64,000 nt of DNA from Candidatus Bathyarchaeia archaeon. Lineage in GTDB: Archaea; Thermoproteota; Bathyarchaeia; Bathyarchaeales; Bathycorpusculaceae. The position numbers and the translations under genes are program-made. Below are positions 60,386 through 64,000 of the stretch, in pieces. Location of the stretch: the NCBI GenBank assembly GCA_037481775.1, contig JBBFKZ010000001.1:96001-160000 (forward strand), written 5' to 3'. The notes under the pieces were generated by a model. That model worked only from the letters and a program-made list of their open reading frames with translations. It did no database searches and was not told where the DNA came from. Every line of letters starts with the position of its first letter. Within the stretch, counting starts at the first letter, position 1.

Positions 60386-61798
60386 ATGGAAAAACTAAAA
60401 ATTAAGAAATCATGGATGCTTACCTGCGCACTGCTCTTACTGCAATTAACAACTTTTGCTTCTGTCAGTCAGGCTTACGCCGTGATTCCCACAGGACCGC
60501 TTGATGTTGAAGTAGATGTAGGCGCAATACATTTCCGAGGAGAAATCGCTGACTTCTACATCCTGGTTTCTTTATCAGGTACGCCCATAGACGCAACGTT
60601 AACCGCTGATCTATATTATGAAGGAATGCTGGACTCTAATCTAACAGGTTTAATTCAGCCGGTTACTACAGGACTTTACAGAATAACCTACGCCATTCCG
60701 AATGATGCTTCGCCTGGGACATACGCTTTAGTTGTAAACGCTTGCCACAATTGTGCCAAAGGCACTGCATTGAAAACTTTCTTGATAAGTCAGACGCTAA
60801 CAGGCTGGGACGCATGGCTAATCGATATACAGAACAACATAGCAACTATAAAAACTGAAGTCAGCACGATTAAAGTATCTTTGACCAATATAGACGCGAG
60901 GATAACCAGCATAGAAGGCAACATCATTACAATTCAGACAGACATAGGCAGCATCAAGACTGACATAACCACGATAGGGATAACACTGACCAGTATCGCG
61001 GGAGACATGGCAACCATAAACACTGCCATAGGCAGCATCCAAGGTAACATAACGTCAATTCAAGGAGACATACTAGCAATCAGCACCCACGTAGGCTCAA
61101 TCAAAGTGGACATAAGCAGCCTAAACGCAACTTTAACAAGCATCCAAGATTCACTCGCGATAATCAGCACCACCGTCGGCACTATGGAAACAACCTTGAA
61201 CAATATTGAACTCGGCATAACGCAGGTGTCTGGAAGCACAGTGTACATAAGCACTGTCTTCGGCGATCTGCAGGGCACTTTAAGCACAATCCAAGGCGAC
61301 ATAGCCACCATAAACACCAACATAGGCATGCTGCAAACAGACATAAGTTCATTAAACGCCACTTTAAAGGAAATTAAAGAGTCAATCGCCACAATCGAAA
61401 CCAACGTGGGCCAGATGCGGGTTAGCTTGGACCAGATAAACGCGAAGCTTGTTGCGTTAGACGGTGATGTGGCAACGGTAAGAACAGACTTGGGCACAAT
61501 TAAAACAACCATAGAAGACATCCAACTGAAAGTAATAAGCATTCAAGGCGATGTGGCAACCATAAGCACTGCGCTGGGCGATTTAACGGGCAAAATAACC
61601 GATATCCAAGGGGACATAGTCACGATAAAAACAGACATCGGTGAAATCAAAGCCACACTACGCGACATGCAAAACCGTGGAGGAGAAAACGCTGGTGCCA
61701 CCTCGCTCTGGCTGGTACTCGCTGTGATCGCTGCCATCGTAGCGGTTACTGCGATAATGCTGTTTCTGAAGAAGCATGGAAAAAGCAAAGTTGCTTAA
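60386..61798 (+). CDS. Surface protein: signal peptide, Ig-like domain, long coiled-coil repeats, C-terminal TM
   Basis: PGTYALVV Ig-like motif; recurring IQGD(I/V)ATI.T..G.I repeats; TM + KKHGK tail. Confidence 0.75.
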   Translation: MEKLKIKKSWMLTCALLLLQLTTFASVSQAYAVIPTGPLDVEVDVGAIHFRGEIADFYILVSLSGTPIDATLTADLYYEGMLDSNLTGLIQPVTTGLYRITYAIPNDASPGTYALVVNACHNCAKGTALKTFLISQTLTGWDAWLIDIQNNIATIKTEVSTIKVSLTNIDARITSIEGNIITIQTDIGSIKTDITTIGITLTSIAGDMATINTAIGSIQGNITSIQGDILAISTHVGSIKVDISSLNATLTSIQDSLAIISTTVGTMETTLNNIELGITQVSGSTVYISTVFGDLQGTLSTIQGDIATINTNIGMLQTDISSLNATLKEIKESIATIETNVGQMRVSLDQINAKLVALDGDVATVRTDLGTIKTTIEDIQLKVISIQGDVATISTALGDLTGKITDIQGDIVTIKTDIGEIKATLRDMQNRGGENAGATSLWLVLAVIAAIVAVTAIMLFLKKHGKSKVA

Positions 61799-62475
61799 GC
61801 ACTTGTAGACTTAGGGAGCAGATCGCAATAGTAAAAGCGGTTATCCCTCAGCACTATCTCCCCCTTCTTGAAAGCTATCTTCTCATTAAATATGGGTCCA
61901 TCATAGACGAATGAGTGGAATTCGCCGTTTTCGCCGCATGGATCTACATTGGCTGGAAGCCTTGACAAAAACTCTTCATCGAACTCCCTGCCGACGAAAT
62001 CCTTGGCTAGAAGAGTTGAGTCAACAGATGTGACGACTGCTTTGAAGCCGAGTTCGATGAACCGCGAGGCAAGTAGCCGAGTATTCTTGCCCCATAAAGG
62101 AAACAGCCCTCTCATGCCAATTTCAGCTAAGAGGCGCTCGCGGTATTTGCGCACATCAGCTAGAAAAATGTCGCCGAACACAACCGAGCAGACGCTGTTG
62201 TCGCGGTACCGCCTCAGCACTTTCAGTAGTTCGCTTTCGTATTCAGCGTTAGAAGCCCCTTTACGGATGAACATTTCCTCGAGCGGGAAATGCAGCGTGG
62301 TTGCCTGTTGCTCCAGCAGAACGCGGCGCACGCCGTGAATGCTGATTCTGTCATAATCCCGTGTAACTGTTGTTAATAGCGCAATCACCTCGTAGTCGCC
62401 AGTATTTAGAACTTCGTAAAGCGCAAGAGCGCTGTCCTTGCCGCTGCTCCACGCCATGATGACTTTTTCCCGCAT
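61795..62475 (-). CDS. PP-loop ATPase, diphthine-ammonia ligase (MJ0570)-like
   Basis: WSSGKDS, FGDIFL, FPLWG, DPCGENGEFH. Confidence 0.85.
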   Translation of the reverse strand: MREKVIMAWSSGKDSALALYEVLNTGDYEVIALLTTVTRDYDRISIHGVRRVLLEQQATTLHFPLEEMFIRKGASNAEYESELLKVLRRYRDNSVCSVVFGDIFLADVRKYRERLLAEIGMRGLFPLWGKNTRLLASRFIELGFKAVVTSVDSTLLAKDFVGREFDEEFLSRLPANVDPCGENGEFHSFVYDGPIFNEKIAFKKGEIVLRDNRFYYCDLLPKSTSA

Positions 62476-62560
62476 TCAGATAACCGTGCCTTTTCTGCTT
62501 ACCTAATGTATGGGCTAGTTTAAATATTTCAGAGCCGCCATCTAATACCACTGGTTAAAC

Positions 62561-64000
62561 ATGAAAGTGCTCCTCATTAATCCGCCGCAGACATTTTATC
62601 CCGGCTCGGATCCGCCTGCAGGCAACCTCCCTTTGGGTCTAATGTATATAGCAGCTGTTCTTGACGGCGCCGGCTATAAGGTTGAGATTCTAGACGCTTT
62701 CATGACTAGTGCTGTGTTCAAAAAAATCGGTGATGCCACCATAGTGGGCATGCCTTACGAATCGATAAAGGAAGAGATTCACAGAAGGAAGCCCGACATT
62801 GTTGGCATAGCAAACCCGTTTACATCTCAAGTTGAGCATGCCATCAGAGTGGCTGACATCGCAAAGGAAGTAGATCCAGACATTTTAACGGTTGCTGGTG
62901 GCCCGCATGTCTCAGCTGCACCCGTTGAGTTCATGAAAGAGGCGCAGAACGTGGACATCGCGGTAACCGGTGAAGGCGAGTACACCATGCTCGAGATTGC
63001 CCCTGTCTATGCGGGAACCAGAAAAATGAGCGATGTGAAGGGCATAGTTTACCGAGAGAACGGTGTGGTGAAGCAGACACCCCCGAGACCGTTCATTAAG
63101 AACTTAGATGAGCTACCCTATCCTGCGTATCATCTGGTGAACATGGAGCAGTATCTTAGCCCCAGCAAGATAGAGTACCGCAGTTTCAAGGATAGAGCAA
63201 TATCCATGATAACCAGCAGAGGCTGCCCATTTAACTGCAACTTCTGTTCGGTTCACCTGCACATGGGCCGCACGTTCAGGGTCCATTCAGCAGACTACGT
63301 TGTGGATCACATAGAGTACGTGGTGGACAAGTACAGAGTTAAAACCATCTTTTTTGAGGATGACAATTTAACGTTTGACCTGAAAAGGTTTGAGGCCATC
63401 TGCGATAAAATAATCACGCGGGGCATCAGGTTCAAGTGGGAAACGCCTAATGGCATAAGAGCCGATTATTTGACGCTTGAGCTTTTAAAGAAAATGAAGA
63501 AGTCCGGCTGCCAAAGCGTCTTCTTCGGCATCGAGTCAGGTGACCAGTACATTCTGGATAACGTTATCGATAAGCGCCTTGACTTGAAGAAAGTGGTTGA
63601 AGTTGCCAAGATGTGCAAGTCCGTGGGGATAAGCACTGCCGCATTCTACATTATCGGTTTCCCCGGAGAGAAAAAGGAGCACATGCTTAGGACAGTGGAG
63701 CTTGCGCTTCGGCTTAAGCGCGAATATGATGTGGGCATGCTGCTTCATGTGGCGACGCCCTCGCTGGGAACACGTCTATACCGAGAATGCGTTGAGAAGG
63801 GCTACATTCAAGGGGAGCTGTCGCCGCGTGCCTTCGCCGAGGTAAGGCAGACATGGGGTATGCCGCTGATAAGGACAGAAGATTTCACGCCTGCAGAGGT
63901 GAAGGAAATAGCAGCCATGGCTGTTAAGCAGTACAAGCGACTGTTGCTGATTAACTACTTCAAATATCCGGGAAAAACGCTTAGGACCGCGCTGGATCAG
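62561..64000 (+). CDS. B12-binding radical SAM protein (3' end outside the window)
   Basis: MKVLLINPP, PLGLMYIAA, GGPH, GEGE, TSRGCPFNCNFC, GIESG; no stop before the window end. Confidence 0.9.
   Translation, partial: MKVLLINPPQTFYPGSDPPAGNLPLGLMYIAAVLDGAGYKVEILDAFMTSAVFKKIGDATIVGMPYESIKEEIHRRKPDIVGIANPFTSQVEHAIRVADIAKEVDPDILTVAGGPHVSAAPVEFMKEAQNVDIAVTGEGEYTMLEIAPVYAGTRKMSDVKGIVYRENGVVKQTPPRPFIKNLDELPYPAYHLVNMEQYLSPSKIEYRSFKDRAISMITSRGCPFNCNFCSVHLHMGRTFRVHSADYVVDHIEYVVDKYRVKTIFFEDDNLTFDLKRFEAICDKIITRGIRFKWETPNGIRADYLTLELLKKMKKSGCQSVFFGIESGDQYILDNVIDKRLDLKKVVEVAKMCKSVGISTAAFYIIGFPGEKKEHMLRTVELALRLKREYDVGMLLHVATPSLGTRLYRECVEKGYIQGELSPRAFAEVRQTWGMPLIRTEDFTPAEVKEIAAMAVKQYKRLLLINYFKYPGKTLRTALDQ

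Noticed and set aside
60820-61680. DNA-level repeats in the stalk gene as a non-coding array
   Set aside because: Explained by degenerate protein repeats.

Overview
Archaeal chromosomal window, most likely Bathyarchaeia/TACK. This is inferred from Elf1, PolD DP1, a Zn-type ferredoxin and PQQ-type beta-propeller surface proteins. The first ~42 kb is mostly core genome: NAD synthesis, a predicted replication origin with ORB boxes next to cdc6, DP1, glycogen genes, TldD/PmbA, FEN1, PCNA-PriL-PriS-GINS and translation/transcription genes. The last ~22 kb is more accessory (surface proteins, redox, copper). Top finding: the pcm gene (protein-L-isoaspartate methyltransferase) is split by a 31-nt insertion (29768-29798) that folds into a canonical bulge-helix-bulge motif. 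Cleavage at the standard positions restores the conserved TISAPHMV motif in frame, so this is a candidate tRNA-type intron in an mRNA. Other signals: (1) ATCAC heptad arrays around an HTH gene and a membrane-anchored coiled-coil/wHTH gene near the origin, a candidate chromosome-tethering module; (2) a nurA-herA pair with no adjacent mre11/rad50; (3) a duplicated, unannotated 30-aa Lys-rich microprotein with 13 synonymous and 1 nonsynonymous codon differences; (4) a 53-bp inverted repeat bounding an apparent 7.4-kb inversion. Three homopolymer frameshifts are probably sequencing errors. No tRNA, rRNA, CRISPR array or transposase was recognised. All calls come from reading motifs by eye, not from database searches.
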